This document shows positions 63,688 to 64,000 of a stretch of DNA of 64,000 nt, piece after piece. The notes under the pieces were generated by a model. It saw only the letters and a program-made list of their open reading frames with translations. It was not told the DNA's origin and did not search any database. The stretch is from Camelus ferus (Eukaryota). Position 1 is the first letter of the stretch; every line of letters starts with the position of its first letter. The translations under genes and the position numbers were made by a program. Location: positions 61,318,001-61,382,000 of the forward strand of contig NC_045701.1 in the NCBI RefSeq assembly GCF_009834535.1, in the 5' to 3' direction.

Positions 63688-64000
63688 CAGGCAAACTTCA
63701 TGTTTTGCACTTAGCTTTATTGTGCTTCGCAGATACTGCATTTTTTTTCAAGTTGAAGGTTTGNNNNNNNNNNNNNNNNNNNNNNNNNNNNNNNNNNNNN
63801 NNNNNNNNNNNNNNNNNNNNNNNNNNNNNNNNNNNNNNNNNNNNNNNNNNNNNNNNNNNNNNNNNNNNNNNNNNNNNNNNNNNNNNNNNNNNNNNNNNNN
63901 NNNNNNNNNNNNNNNNNNNNNNNNNNNNTGTTTTAGGGTACCATGAACTGTGCCCACATAAGGTAGCTTAATCAATGAATGTTGTGTCTTCTGACTACTC
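63688..64000 (+). mobile_element. Tigger1 DNA transposon 5' end (N-gap 63764-63928)
   Basis: CAGGCAAACTTC...GCTTTATTGTGCTTCGCAGATACTGCATTTTTT...TTGAAGGTTTG; after the gap CCATGAACTGTGCCCACATAAG...AATGTTGTGTCTTCTGACT. Confidence 0.88.

Overview
This is mammalian genomic DNA, almost certainly camelid (four Vic-1-type tRNA-derived SINEs plus artiodactyl-type L1 3' ends). It carries the 5' part of KCNH5 (Kv10.2/EAG2 potassium channel) on the minus strand. Coding exons 2 (21945-21822), 3 (11090-10984) and 4 (6554-6426) splice in frame into the PAS/eag domain. The start-codon exon is not visible and most likely lies in the N-gap at 49114-49541, inside the promoter CpG island (~49050-50600). The rest is intronic or upstream DNA rich in old repeats (L1, L2, MIR, MER5, MER33, MER53, MER63, Tigger, MER21, MLT1), with four assembly gaps. 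No tRNA, rRNA or CRISPR feature and no second recognisable protein gene was found. I cannot claim a new biological system. The best leads are RNA-processing hypotheses around the PAS exons: a stem-loop covering the exon-4 splice donor, inverted camelid SINEs and inverted L1 fragments flanking stop-free 231-nt and 360-nt exon blocks (possible circRNAs), and a sense LTR poly(A) signal after exon 2. Other leads are a candidate CTCF site, G4 motifs and an open 228-nt candidate exon on the opposite strand upstream. Repeat subfamily names come from remembered consensus sequences, and repeat boundaries are approximate.
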